A DNA stretch of 64,000 nucleotides, from the NCBI GenBank assembly GCA_049296775.1, contig JBAQTB010000001.1, positions 96,992 to 160,991 of the forward strand, read 5' to 3'. Of this stretch, positions 40,330 to 49,544 are shown piece by piece. The translations under genes and the position numbers were made by a program. The notes under the pieces are model-generated. The model made no database searches, had not been told where the DNA came from, and saw only the letters and a list, made by a program, of their open reading frames with translations. This DNA comes from Patescibacteria group bacterium (GTDB lineage: Bacteria > Patescibacteriota > Patescibacteriia > UBA9934). The stretch's first letter is position 1. Each line of letters starts with the position of its first letter.

Positions 40330-41556
40330 CTACTTAACTAACCTAACAAAGTATCTCTTACCTTTTTGAAGGACGGCTGGCAAATTGGTGGGGTCGATGA
40401 TCATCCCGATGTCGGTGACAGTGACGTCATCGATACGAACTCCCCCGCCAGCGATGAGTTGCTTACCTTCGCCTCTGGAACTCGCGAGATTTGCAGCAAC
40501 GAGAATGTCGAGGATATTCATTGAAGAGGCGACTTGGAAGTCGACCATCTCAGCTGGTTGTTCGTGCTGTTGAAAGACTGTGGAGAAGTGCTTAGCGGCA
40601 CGTTTAGCGGCGGCCTTGCCGTGGAACATGGTTACAACCTCAGCAGCAAGCTGCATTTTGAGGTCACGGGGATTCGCTCCAGCTGCCATTTGCAGCTTCA
40701 TACCTTCGATCTCCTCCATCGGTACATCGGTAATAATCTCAAAGTAAGGCAGGATCATGCTATCAGACATACTCATGAGCTTGCCGTACATCTCCTCTGG
40801 CACATCATCGATAGCCACAAAACCACCCTCCGACTTACTCATCTTCTTGCCTTCATCATTTACGAGCAACTTCAGAGCGAGCACCTGCTTCTCTTTGTTC
40901 TTCATTTCGCGCATCAAAGTACGACCAGCCAGCATATTGAAGGTCTGGTCGCTGCCACCGAGCTCAACATCCACATCCATAGCGACCGAATCGTAGCCCT
41001 GCATCAAGGGGTACATAAACTCATGCAGGTAAACAGGCTTACCCTCAGCCAAACGTTTCTCAAACATATCTCGCTCACTCATTTGCTGCACTGTGAAGTG
41101 CGAAGCGAGATCGACGACGTCTGAGAGCGTCATTTTTGCTAACCATTTGTGGTTGAACATTAGCTTGGCCGCGTTTGGGCCAGTAAATTTCAAAATCTTC
41201 TTGGCCTGTTTTTTGTAAGTTGCAGCATTCTCAAGCACTTGAGCCGCTGTTAATTGCTGACGAGCCGCCAACTTATCGGTTGGGTCACCGATCATGGCTG
41301 TAAATGAACCGATCAACAAAATTACTTCATGACCAAGTTCCTGGAACTCACGAAGTTTCTTCATCTGGAGGGCGTGACCAATATGCAGGCTCGGGGCCGT
41401 AGGATCCACGCCAACATAAACACGCAACCGTCTGCCAGACATCAGAGCCTCCTGCATGGCCTCCTTTTTTGGATAAGCCATCTCGACGCCTCTGGTAAGC
41501 AATCGCTCAATTTTCGCCGCATCAATAATTGGAGACATAATGTTTACATTGTACAT
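40330..41556 (-). CDS. tyrS: Tyrosine--tRNA ligase
   Basis: VYVGVDPTAPSLHIGH (HIGH), KMSKSEG, and a C-terminal S4-like domain. Confidence 0.9.
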   Translation of the reverse strand: MYNVNIMSPIIDAAKIERLLTRGVEMAYPKKEAMQEALMSGRRLRVYVGVDPTAPSLHIGHALQMKKLREFQELGHEVILLIGSFTAMIGDPTDKLAARQQLTAAQVLENAATYKKQAKKILKFTGPNAAKLMFNHKWLAKMTLSDVVDLASHFTVQQMSERDMFEKRLAEGKPVYLHEFMYPLMQGYDSVAMDVDVELGGSDQTFNMLAGRTLMREMKNKEKQVLALKLLVNDEGKKMSKSEGGFVAIDDVPEEMYGKLMSMSDSMILPYFEIITDVPMEEIEGMKLQMAAGANPRDLKMQLAAEVVTMFHGKAAAKRAAKHFSTVFQQHEQPAEMVDFQVASSMNILDILVAANLASSRGEGKQLIAGGGVRIDDVTVTDIGMIIDPTNLPAVLQKGKRYFVRLVK

Positions 41557-41648
41557 CGCACTCAGGCTACTCCCCCCGTAGTCCTGAGAGAAGTCGAAGG
41601 ATCTAGAATATGATGGAGATTAAGGGGAGGTCGACGCTCTGCCCGCTA

Positions 41649-44282
41649 CTACCTCGCTAAACAATAAAACGTCAGCATGTCTTTTAGATTCTGCAGCTCC
41701 GCTCGTTCCTCAAATAAACGGGTACTCTGTGCAGCCACTAACTCTTCAGGAGCATTTTGAATGAACTCTTGGTTAGAGAGCTTTTTCTCGAGGCTTTGAA
41801 CAAAATTCTCCTTGTTTTTAATAAGCTTCTCCGTGCTCCCTATAAGCTCGTCCAGATTCATCATGGACGGCATCAGCATGAAGATCTCTGTCCGCCCCAC
41901 AACCGCGCCAATAGCTTTCTCAGGTTTAGTATCAATCCATTCTAAACATGATCGAGTGAGCCCTTCAATAACCCTTTTCTGTTCTAACATACTCTCCCCC
42001 CCTATCAACTTAATGTCGACTGTAACCTTCGGCTCCATCTTCGCCTTAGATCTAAGATTGCGAATCGCCCCAACTACATCCCTGAGTTCATCAATGGCCG
42101 ATAGATGAGTATATTGATGGGCCAAATTCTGATACTCGATGGGTCTTGGCCACTCGGCGACGATAATCAAGCCCCGATCATACTGCTGGTAAATCTCTTC
42201 CGTCACAAACGGCATGAACGGGTGCCACAAGATGAGGAGGCGTTCCAGGAGATAGTTCAAAATATCGTTCTTCTCCCCTTCGATCTTGGCAATTTCGAGG
42301 TACCAGTCGGCAAAATCACTCCAAGTGAAGTCTCGAAGGATCTCTGTTGCCAAAGAGAAGTCAAATTGCTCCATGAGCTTCTCGACCTTGTCTTGCGTAT
42401 CCGCAAATCTTGCAAGAATCCAACGGTCTGCCAAAGTCTTTGGTTCGATACTGTCGACGTGATGCAATGACCCTGTCGACATGCCGATGAACCGTGAAAC
42501 GTTCCACAGCTTATTCACCAAATTACGTGAACCTTCAATCTTCTCGGTGTAATACCGCGAATCATTTCCTGGTGAGATGCCCGAAAGCAAACTGACGCGT
42601 AAAGAATCGCAGCCATATTGGCCAATGACTTCAATAGGATCGATGCCGTTGCCAGAAGATTTCGAGAATTTCTTGCCGTCCTTATCTCTGAGAATTCCGT
42701 GAATGTACGCATTGGTAAAAGGAATCTCATCGAGAGCGTAGGCACTCGTGAGAATCATACGCATGAGCCAGAGATACAAAATCTCATAGCCCATTGTGAT
42801 CCAGCTGGTCGGGTGATAGGTCTTGAGATCTGGAGTCTTTTCCGGCCAACCCAAGGTCGAGAACGTCCAGGTACCAGAACTAAACCAGGTGTCGAGGGTA
42901 TCTTCATCTTGGATCCAGCCCTCACCTTCTGGAGCTTCAGTACCCACAAAAATTTCTTCACCTCGATACCAAGCCGGAATACGGTGGCCCCACCATAACT
43001 GTCGGGACAAACACCAATCACGGAGATTTTCAACGCGATCAAGATAAAGCTTTTCAAAGCGTTCTGGAGTGATGGCCACTCTTTGCTTGGTATTGCCGTC
43101 CAAACCGGTTGTAACAGCTTCGCGCATCAAGTCTCGCAAAGTCTTGCCCCGTTTAGGGATGGTCTTGTTCATGTCCAACCACCATTGGGTCATCGGGATA
43201 GCCTCAATGACATCGCCGTAACGATCACTGGTACCGACGTTCTGCACCGTTTCTTCCTCGTTTTCGAGCAAAGCATTGGCACGCAGCCACTCAACAAATT
43301 TCTCCCGTGCTTCCTCGGCCTTCAGTCCCGCGTACGATCCTGCCTCGGCAGTCATGCGACCATCAGCACCAATAACTTGAACAATGCCGATCGGCTGACC
43401 AGCGGCTTTCTGCTTCTCGTACATCGCAAAGTCGATCGCACTGTGCGCTGGCGTCACGCCGAGTGCCCCGGTACCGAATTTAGGGTCGACATTTTCATCG
43501 GCGATAACACGAATGGACAAGGGCTGCGCAGCACCAACGTCGACGATAAACGTTTGCCCGACAAACTTCTTGTAACGTTTGTCGGTGGGATGAACCGCAA
43601 CGGCTGTATCTCCTAACTTTGTTTCCGGTCGCGTAGAAGAAATACGAATTGGAAAATCCTTTGAATATTTGAAGGTATACAAAACCGAAGGGCGCTCAAT
43701 CGTCACGATCTCGTCATCAGAACAGGTTGACTGTCCCTTGACCGACCAGTTTACAACGCGATAACCCCGGTAAATCAAGCCGTCATTGTACATGCGTACA
43801 AAAAGTTCTTTAACTGCAGCATTGCGCTGATCGTCAAAAGTGTAGGCCAAACGCGACCAATCGCAGCTTGAACCAACTTTTTGGACTTGATTCAAAATTG
43901 TCGCCTTCGACTGCTCAGCAAATTTCTTGATTTCATCAACGAGCCCGTCGCGGCCGAGTTGCTGGCGTGGGTGCTTGATGCCCTTTTCGATCAAAAGCTT
44001 CTCAACCTTTGCCTGGGTGGCGATAGCGGCATGATCGGTACCCGGCACGAAAAGCACTTTCTTCCCCTGCAGACGCTGATAACGCGCCATGGCATCCATG
44101 AGTGAATTTTCCAGGGCGTGACCCAAATGCAAAACTCCCGTCACATTCGGCGGTGGCATCATGATCGTGTACGGGTCGCCGGACAGATTATCGGGATTAA
44201 AATAACCGCTCTCCATCCATTTCTGGTACAGAGCGTCCTCAATTCCCTGAGGCTCGTAAGCTTTGGCCATGTCTGAAGGCAT
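41649..44282 (-). CDS. valS: Valine--tRNA ligase
   Basis: PPPNVTGVLHLGHA (HIGH), KFSKSSGN (KMSKS), an editing domain and a C-terminal coiled coil. Confidence 0.9.
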   Translation of the reverse strand: MPSDMAKAYEPQGIEDALYQKWMESGYFNPDNLSGDPYTIMMPPPNVTGVLHLGHALENSLMDAMARYQRLQGKKVLFVPGTDHAAIATQAKVEKLLIEKGIKHPRQQLGRDGLVDEIKKFAEQSKATILNQVQKVGSSCDWSRLAYTFDDQRNAAVKELFVRMYNDGLIYRGYRVVNWSVKGQSTCSDDEIVTIERPSVLYTFKYSKDFPIRISSTRPETKLGDTAVAVHPTDKRYKKFVGQTFIVDVGAAQPLSIRVIADENVDPKFGTGALGVTPAHSAIDFAMYEKQKAAGQPIGIVQVIGADGRMTAEAGSYAGLKAEEAREKFVEWLRANALLENEEETVQNVGTSDRYGDVIEAIPMTQWWLDMNKTIPKRGKTLRDLMREAVTTGLDGNTKQRVAITPERFEKLYLDRVENLRDWCLSRQLWWGHRIPAWYRGEEIFVGTEAPEGEGWIQDEDTLDTWFSSGTWTFSTLGWPEKTPDLKTYHPTSWITMGYEILYLWLMRMILTSAYALDEIPFTNAYIHGILRDKDGKKFSKSSGNGIDPIEVIGQYGCDSLRVSLLSGISPGNDSRYYTEKIEGSRNLVNKLWNVSRFIGMSTGSLHHVDSIEPKTLADRWILARFADTQDKVEKLMEQFDFSLATEILRDFTWSDFADWYLEIAKIEGEKNDILNYLLERLLILWHPFMPFVTEEIYQQYDRGLIIVAEWPRPIEYQNLAHQYTHLSAIDELRDVVGAIRNLRSKAKMEPKVTVDIKLIGGESMLEQKRVIEGLTRSCLEWIDTKPEKAIGAVVGRTEIFMLMPSMMNLDELIGSTEKLIKNKENFVQSLEKKLSNQEFIQNAPEELVAAQSTRLFEERAELQNLKDMLTFYCLAR

Positions 44283-44409
44283 AGGGCAACATTAGAGACG
44301 GCCGGATAGCCGTCTATACCGCCCTAGGATATAAAAAAAGGTCGAAAGTAGCAAGTCGGTTCAGTACTTCGCTCAAAGGGGGAATGTTGTTTTTATCTGT
44401 AAATAGGCT

Positions 44410-44444
44410 CTTGACTTTGTAGCTACACTTTGTATAGTGTAGCT
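44410..44444 (+). promoter_or_regulatory. Sigma70-like promoter (TTGACT-16-TATAGT) overlapped by a perfect 10-bp inverted repeat TAGCTACACT-N6-AGTGTAGCTA, the probable hicAB operator
   Basis: Seen directly in the sequence, 30-60 nt upstream of the hicA ATG. Confidence 0.55.
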
Positions 44445-44476
44445 ATTGTAGTGGCCGCTATCTACAAACCACTATT

Positions 44477-44728
44477 ATGACGAAAAGAGACAAACTCTTA
44501 GAGAAATTCTATGCTCAACCAATCGCCTTACGCTATCTAGACCTCGAAAAACTACTTGTTTCACTTGGCTTCGTAAAAATCCCCGCCCAAGGCAGTCATG
44601 TAAAATTTAAACACCCGTTAGCAAAATCAGATCTCGTTATCCCCGTACACAATCACGAATGTAAGGACTTCTATAAAAAGTATGCGCTGAAGTTCGTCCA
44701 AGCCAATCATCTCTATATAAACTTATGA
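44477..44728 (+). CDS. hicA: HicA-family type II toxin (mRNA interferase)
   Basis: 83 aa. LLVSLGFVKIPAQGSHVKFKHPLAKSDLVIPVH matches the HicA GSH..F.HP....V.P.H pattern. Confidence 0.65.
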   Translation: MTKRDKLLEKFYAQPIALRYLDLEKLLVSLGFVKIPAQGSHVKFKHPLAKSDLVIPVHNHECKDFYKKYALKFVQANHLYINL

Positions 44729-45054
44729 AAACTTTAACCAAACACTCCATCACACTCAATCATAGGCGCTATGGATATAGTTTAAAAAAAATCGATAAAG
44801 ATACTTCCCATGTGGAGTGTCCAGCTGCAAATATCAACCAGGCATTCCTGAATGCAGACATTCCCGCTTTACTCAGCGACCTCCCCCAGCTGATCCTGGC
44901 AGAAAAAAATTACCACAAACAGCAGAACCAGCTGCTCCGGTTCAGAGTCACACCCGAAGACAAACAACGGATCGAACACCGGGCTCAAAAACAAGGCTAT
45001 CAATCTGTGTCTGAATTTTTAAGAGATTCGGCCTTAGGCAAATTGACAGCTTAA
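44725..45054 (+). CDS. hicB: HicB-like antitoxin with a C-terminal ribbon-helix-helix
   Basis: 109 aa with a 4-nt overlap with hicA. C-terminal RFRVTPEDKQRIEHRAQKQGYQSVSEFLRDSA is RHH/CopG-like. Confidence 0.55.
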   Translation: MKTLTKHSITLNHRRYGYSLKKIDKDTSHVECPAANINQAFLNADIPALLSDLPQLILAEKNYHKQQNQLLRFRVTPEDKQRIEHRAQKQGYQSVSEFLRDSALGKLTA

Positions 45055-45099
45055 CGGAGAGATCTACCTTAACAAGTCATTTTTGCTTTTCTGGTATAC

Positions 45100-45432
45100 T
45101 TGCCCCATATGATTGATCGAAAAATGCTCTTGCCCGGCATAGCCCTGCTACTTGCTGGAGCTGGTTGCACCGCCAGCAGCGACTTCCCCATCCTGACGGG
45201 TGATCCAGCAATGGGAGAAAAGGGCTACTATGTTTGCGAGAGCGAGCATGGTCGTATTTACGAGACCTCACAATGTGGCGATGACTCATGCGGACGCACT
45301 TTCTACAGCGGCGGCGTCATTATCGAGACTGTTCCTCATGGCCCCGGGAATGGCGACCCTACTCCCGAAACCAAAGTAGAAAACTGCCAAAGGACAACGC
45401 AAGAGTACTTCACCTCTCAGGTGCAAGAATAA
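45100..45432 (+). CDS. Small secreted/lipoprotein-like protein, hypothetical
   Basis: Signal peptide LLPGIALLLAGAGC (imperfect lipobox) and 6 Cys in the mature part. Confidence 0.35.
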   Translation: MPHMIDRKMLLPGIALLLAGAGCTASSDFPILTGDPAMGEKGYYVCESEHGRIYETSQCGDDSCGRTFYSGGVIIETVPHGPGNGDPTPETKVENCQRTTQEYFTSQVQE

Positions 45433-45538
45433 CAAACAAGGCCGATCCGAAAGGGTCGGTCTTGTTTTTGGCTGTGGCTACCCCGCCTTGACGCAAATGT
45501 TACGGCGGGCTAAGTTACCCCCTTAATAACTCCCGTCC

Positions 45539-46720
45539 TTGTCTGGGGCAATCTTACTCCGCATGTCTCTTGCGCCTCACGAACAATTCCTCCATGCCGT
45601 TAAACGTGCTGAGCGTCCACTCTTGGTGCTTAGGGAGCTAGCGCATACTGATGACTTTGCCGCGGCCTTTGCGTTATCTGCTGTGCTGAAGAAACTAGAT
45701 AAGCCGGCCGATATTGTCTGTGCCGGTGGCCGTTCCCCTGACAGTCTCAAATTTTTAAAAACTGCTCAAACGGTTAAAGGTGACCTAGCCAATCTCCGCT
45801 CACTCACGCTGCACGTTGATGTTAGTAAAGCTAAAGTCGAAGAGCTGTCATACAACGTGGTTGGCGATGAATTAAAAATTCACGTTACTCCCAAGAACGG
45901 TTTCTGGACCGCCGATGATGTCAAAATCGCCACAAGTGCCTACCGTTATGATTTGCTCATTGTAGTTGGAGCCGCAGACTTAAAGAGCCTAGGTTCAATT
46001 TTTACACACTACGCCGATTTTCTATACAACACCCCGATCATCAACCTAGATCACACCGCGGCTAACGAACATTTTGGCCAAACCAATTTAGTTGATACCG
46101 CCGCGACCTCCGTGTGTGAAGTGGCTCATGACCTGGTCAAACATGTCGACGACAAGTTGTTCGATGCTGAAATTGCCACAGCCTTACTCACGGGTATGGT
46201 TGCAAAAACTAAGAGCTTCCGGACCTCAAACGTAGGACCAAAAACTTTGGCCGCCGCCAGTTCACTTATGAGTTTTGGAGCGCGTCGAGATGAAGTCGTG
46301 GATAAACTCTTCCGTACCCGTTCCGTAGAAACCTTGAGACTGTGGGGCCGTGCCCTGGCCAGATTGAAGGCTGATCAAAAAACCGGCTTAGTCTGGACGC
46401 TATTAACTCGACAAGACTTTGCCAACGCTGGCGCGAATGAAGAAGCTCTCGGCGATATTGTGAGTGAGCTAGTTACCACCGCGCCTGAAGCCAGGGTGGT
46501 CGCCATTTTCTACGAGCATGTCGGCGGTTACGTCGCTGTCCACTTATTTGCCGAAAGACCACATGACGCCTTACAACTCGGAGCACCTTTCAAAGCCTCG
46601 GGCACCCGTGAACGCGCCCGCCTGGTGCCAGCCGAACGTGAAATCGTGGAAGCCGAAAAGGCCGTGATCAGCCACTTACAACGAGTTTTAACGCCTGCCG
46701 CTGAACCAGAAACTATCTAG
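45539..46720 (+). CDS. DHH/DHHA1-family phosphoesterase-like protein (NrnA-like), possibly degenerate
   Basis: INLDHTAANEHFG resembles the DHH motif with DHH replaced by DHT. Overall size and layout resemble NrnA. Confidence 0.35.
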   Translation: MSGAILLRMSLAPHEQFLHAVKRAERPLLVLRELAHTDDFAAAFALSAVLKKLDKPADIVCAGGRSPDSLKFLKTAQTVKGDLANLRSLTLHVDVSKAKVEELSYNVVGDELKIHVTPKNGFWTADDVKIATSAYRYDLLIVVGAADLKSLGSIFTHYADFLYNTPIINLDHTAANEHFGQTNLVDTAATSVCEVAHDLVKHVDDKLFDAEIATALLTGMVAKTKSFRTSNVGPKTLAAASSLMSFGARRDEVVDKLFRTRSVETLRLWGRALARLKADQKTGLVWTLLTRQDFANAGANEEALGDIVSELVTTAPEARVVAIFYEHVGGYVAVHLFAERPHDALQLGAPFKASGTRERARLVPAEREIVEAEKAVISHLQRVLTPAAEPETI

Positions 46721-46800
46721 TGGTAGGTTGACATTTTGTTAGGTTTACACTACCTTGACCAGTCGCAAACTTATTTGCGATACCACCACGAGGCAACAAC

Positions 46801-47118
46801 ATGACGTTGCAGAACCCGCCAGTACCATATCTCGCCCACTTCCAAGTGATGAGCGGACCGACCATCGCGACACTGTTTGACGTCATCGTCCATGATACGC
46901 AGACCGATCTGCACTTCGTGCTCGGCACTTGGGCCGAGGAGCCTGCGACCCACATCGCTCAGCTACGACTGCGTCGGCTGAGCGTGCCTGACGTCGAGGG
47001 CACGCGTGAAATCGAGCTGTACGCAGAGAGCGAAGGCAACGACTATCGCTACCGCGGCCTGTACGACTCAGCCGGCAAAGGGCGTCTGTCCCGAGAGCGG
47101 CTACCCAAACGCCAGTAA
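46801..47118 (+). CDS. Hypothetical protein of 105 aa in a stand-alone GC-rich cassette
   Basis: An upstream TTGACA at 46728-46733, the RBS GAGG, the ORF, then a terminator at 47142-47172. GC-rich codon usage. Confidence 0.35.
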   Translation: MTLQNPPVPYLAHFQVMSGPTIATLFDVIVHDTQTDLHFVLGTWAEEPATHIAQLRLRRLSVPDVEGTREIELYAESEGNDYRYRGLYDSAGKGRLSRERLPKRQ

Positions 47119-47141
47119 CCATCGAGCCGACTCGATGCTAA

Positions 47142-47172
47142 CCGCGCCCTACGATAAGGGTGCGGTTTTTTA
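47142..47172 (+). terminator. Rho-independent terminator of the GC-rich cassette
   Basis: 9-bp stem CCGCGCCCT / AGGGTGCGG with a T-tract TTTTTTAT. Confidence 0.5.
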
Positions 47173-47229
47173 TTTACAGGTACGTTTTGTTGCCAGTAAG
47201 TGCAGCAAAATTAAAAGGCATGTTAAAAT

Positions 47230-48591
47230 ATGTCCATGCATCCTTTAATTTACTCAACTGCTATTCCGCCTCAAGTAAGAGTGGGTAGATTTGTGGCCGA
47301 CGAACCCCGGCTCGGTTGGATGTTTCCGTTTGTAAAGAATGTTCCAAAAGCTGAGCTGTACATTGTCGGCGGCACCGTACGTGATGCCGTTAAAGGTCTG
47401 TTGCCGCAGGGCTTGCACTTAGTTATTCGACACTTAAATCTAGCTGATCTCCAAGCTGAATTGCAGAAATTTGGTGCAGTGTCACAGCTGAACGATACTA
47501 CTCTCGCCTTCAAGCCACGTAACTTTAAACGTGACGACGCCATTGAAATCGCCATTCCTGTCAGTGGCCAACCTGACCCGTCCATGCCGATTATTCACGA
47601 TTTGGGACGGCGAGATTTTAGCGTTAATGCCATGGCGTACTCACTCAACACTGGTCTAATCATTGATCCTTTCGGCGGATTACGCGATATTCAAACGCGC
47701 ACTTTGCGGACTGTGGGCAGGCCGAGCGCACGCTTTTCAGAACGCCCACTCCGCACCCTACGAGCGTTACGCATCGCTGCCCGACATGCATACAAAATTG
47801 ATGACGGTACATGGCGAGCCCTCAAAGACGAGCTCCCCCGCCTCAACAAACTCACCATTAATGATAGTGGCCAAGCGGAATACGTCATCCCACGCCAACA
47901 TATTGGTCGTGAATTCCTAAAAACCCTCAGCAGCCAACCTGGCTACGGTTTTAAGCTATGGGACATGAGCGGAGCCAGTGACATTTTCACACCTGAGCTC
48001 CAACAGCTAGGCAATATCCACCACCGCGACGGCGTGACCGGTCTACAACTCGCCGAACGTACCCTAGCTAACCTAAGTCACCCCCTGCCCAGTCTAGTCT
48101 TTGCTGGACTCATGTCTCACTTGGAGGATGCCGCCCTATCTGCTGCTAAAGAAATTATCGTCAGACTACATTTACACTCCGCTCACCCTCAGTTTAGTCA
48201 TAATGATGTTCTCTGGATGCTTCAGCACAAAAACATTCTAGAAGACGCCGATCCCGAACATTTACCCGCTTCACAATTTGAACAGATTTTTGGTAAAACG
48301 CGCGGCCGGAATCTCCTGACCTTCCTGTATACCGTCCACCGTGCATCGAGCAAACATTCCAAAACCAGAGATCGTTTACATAAGGCTACGCGCCGACATC
48401 AGCAATTAGTCACAGATGTTAAAGCTCCGCTCTTGCGTGGGCGTGATCTTGAGGCTTTGGGGGTAGCGCCGGGACCGAAATATCGTAAAATTCTTGCCAA
48501 GATCCGTGACGCCCAACTTGATGGACATATAGCCAATCAAACAGAGGCACTCAACTTTGCCCGGCAGTTAGTCGCTGCCCAAGCCGTCTAA
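47230..48591 (+). CDS. CCA tRNA nucleotidyltransferase / poly(A) polymerase (class II NTase) family protein with a degenerate catalytic motif
   Basis: YIVGGTVRDAVKGLLPQGLHLVI aligns to the head motif GGAVRD..LG....DxD, but both Asp are replaced (G..H). The RRDFSVNAMAY motif is conserved. Confidence 0.6.
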   Translation: MSMHPLIYSTAIPPQVRVGRFVADEPRLGWMFPFVKNVPKAELYIVGGTVRDAVKGLLPQGLHLVIRHLNLADLQAELQKFGAVSQLNDTTLAFKPRNFKRDDAIEIAIPVSGQPDPSMPIIHDLGRRDFSVNAMAYSLNTGLIIDPFGGLRDIQTRTLRTVGRPSARFSERPLRTLRALRIAARHAYKIDDGTWRALKDELPRLNKLTINDSGQAEYVIPRQHIGREFLKTLSSQPGYGFKLWDMSGASDIFTPELQQLGNIHHRDGVTGLQLAERTLANLSHPLPSLVFAGLMSHLEDAALSAAKEIIVRLHLHSAHPQFSHNDVLWMLQHKNILEDADPEHLPASQFEQIFGKTRGRNLLTFLYTVHRASSKHSKTRDRLHKATRRHQQLVTDVKAPLLRGRDLEALGVAPGPKYRKILAKIRDAQLDGHIANQTEALNFARQLVAAQAV

Positions 48592-48649
48592 ACGGAGTAG
48601 CTACCCATACAAAAAGCCCCCCTCTGGCTTACGCTGGAGGAGGGTTTTT

Positions 48650-48726
48650 TGGTGCGCGTACCAAGATTCGAACTTGGGACCTTTACAATGTCAATGTAAC
48701 GCTCTAACCAACTGAGCTATACGCGC
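48650..48726 (-). tRNA. tRNA-Val (anticodon GAC), CCA encoded
   Basis: GCGCGTATAGCTCAGTTGGTTAGAGCGTTACATTGACATTGTAAAGGTCCCAAGTTCGAATCTTGGTACGCGCACCA. Confidence 0.85.
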
Positions 48727-48781
48727 ATGTGAGCAAGATAAGCCCGAGTAGCGTACGTAAAATCAACGCGGCTGTCAACGC

Positions 48782-49174
48782 TTAAACCTTGGGCTGGACA
48801 TGTTTACGCTCCGGCAATCTAGACACAAACATAAGGGCAATACCGGCCGCTACCAAAACAATAAACCACAAAGCTCCGTTAGAAATCATGATCGTCGTAG
48901 CGCATCTGAAGGCGCCCGGAATGGCCTCATATGGTGCTGAGATTTTTGATAAACACTTACCATCAAGTCTAGAAGCGGCTACGTACCCGGTCCAAGCGGC
49001 AGCATAAGCTGTCGCTAAAGATAAAAAGGTGAACACGCAACTAAATTTAGCCGTGTTAATTCTGACGAATTTTACTAAACCGATAATCGCGAATAAAACA
49101 CCAGCTATCAACCAGTACACCACAAACCACATCAAGGTAAGCGCAACGACTATGATGACGGGACTGACTTCCAT
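48782..49174 (-). CDS. Membrane protein, hypothetical (4 TM)
   Basis: 130 aa with hydrophobic helices. Confidence 0.35.
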   Translation of the reverse strand: MEVSPVIIVVALTLMWFVVYWLIAGVLFAIIGLVKFVRINTAKFSCVFTFLSLATAYAAAWTGYVAASRLDGKCLSKISAPYEAIPGAFRCATTIMISNGALWFIVLVAAGIALMFVSRLPERKHVQPKV

Positions 49175-49177
49175 AAA

Positions 49178-49357
49178 TTAGGCAAGGGTATTTAGAGCGA
49201 AAAAGGTAATTAAAGCTGTGCTAGCGCTAGCAATAAATAAACAGATACCAAACGCGATGATCCGTTGCTCATGTATTCTTAAGCCCCACACTAAAAAGGC
49301 GACTCCAAGACCAAAACAGATGACCGGTAAGAAAAACATAAGGATAGTATACGTCAT
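49178..49357 (-). CDS. Small membrane protein, hypothetical. The start is trimmed to MTYTILM; the longer ORF to 49450 runs through a tRNA gene.
   Basis: Two hydrophobic helices. The discarded N-terminal extension GPVAQLVRAPS is a typical translated tRNA artifact. Confidence 0.25.
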   Translation of the reverse strand: MTYTILMFFLPVICFGLGVAFLVWGLRIHEQRIIAFGICLFIASASTALITFFALNTLA

Positions 49358-49435
49358 GTGGTAGGCCTGCTTGGAATCGAACCAAGGACCACCGAGGTAT
49401 AAGCTCGGCGCTCTAACCAACTGAGCTACAGGCCC
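49358..49435 (-). tRNA. tRNA-Ile (anticodon TAT, decoding AUA), CCA encoded
   Basis: GGGCCTGTAGCTCAGTTGGTTAGAGCGCCGAGCTTATACCTCGGTGGTCCTTGGTTCGATTCCAAGCAGGCCTACCA. The anticodon loop is CTTATAC. Confidence 0.7.
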
Positions 49436-49544
49436 ACGCGCTAAACTCACCTAAGTATCGTCATTTACCCTAACCAAACCTGATATTTCCGGCTGGCCAC
49501 GGACAACTGACGAAACTCAGCGATTCTAGTATAAACCAGCGTGA

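Noticed and set aside
44283-44400. Possible T-box leader upstream of valS
   Set aside because: The leader is only about 100 nt and lacks the conserved T-box sequence (AATTAGGGTGGTACCGCG-like) and specifier architecture.
49358-49450. N-terminal 31 codons of the 90-aa ORF 49178..49450 (MSLARGPVAQLVRAPS...)
   Set aside because: It overlaps tRNA-Ile on the same strand, and GPVAQLVRAPS is the classic tRNA-derived pseudo-peptide. The ORF was trimmed to the internal Met.
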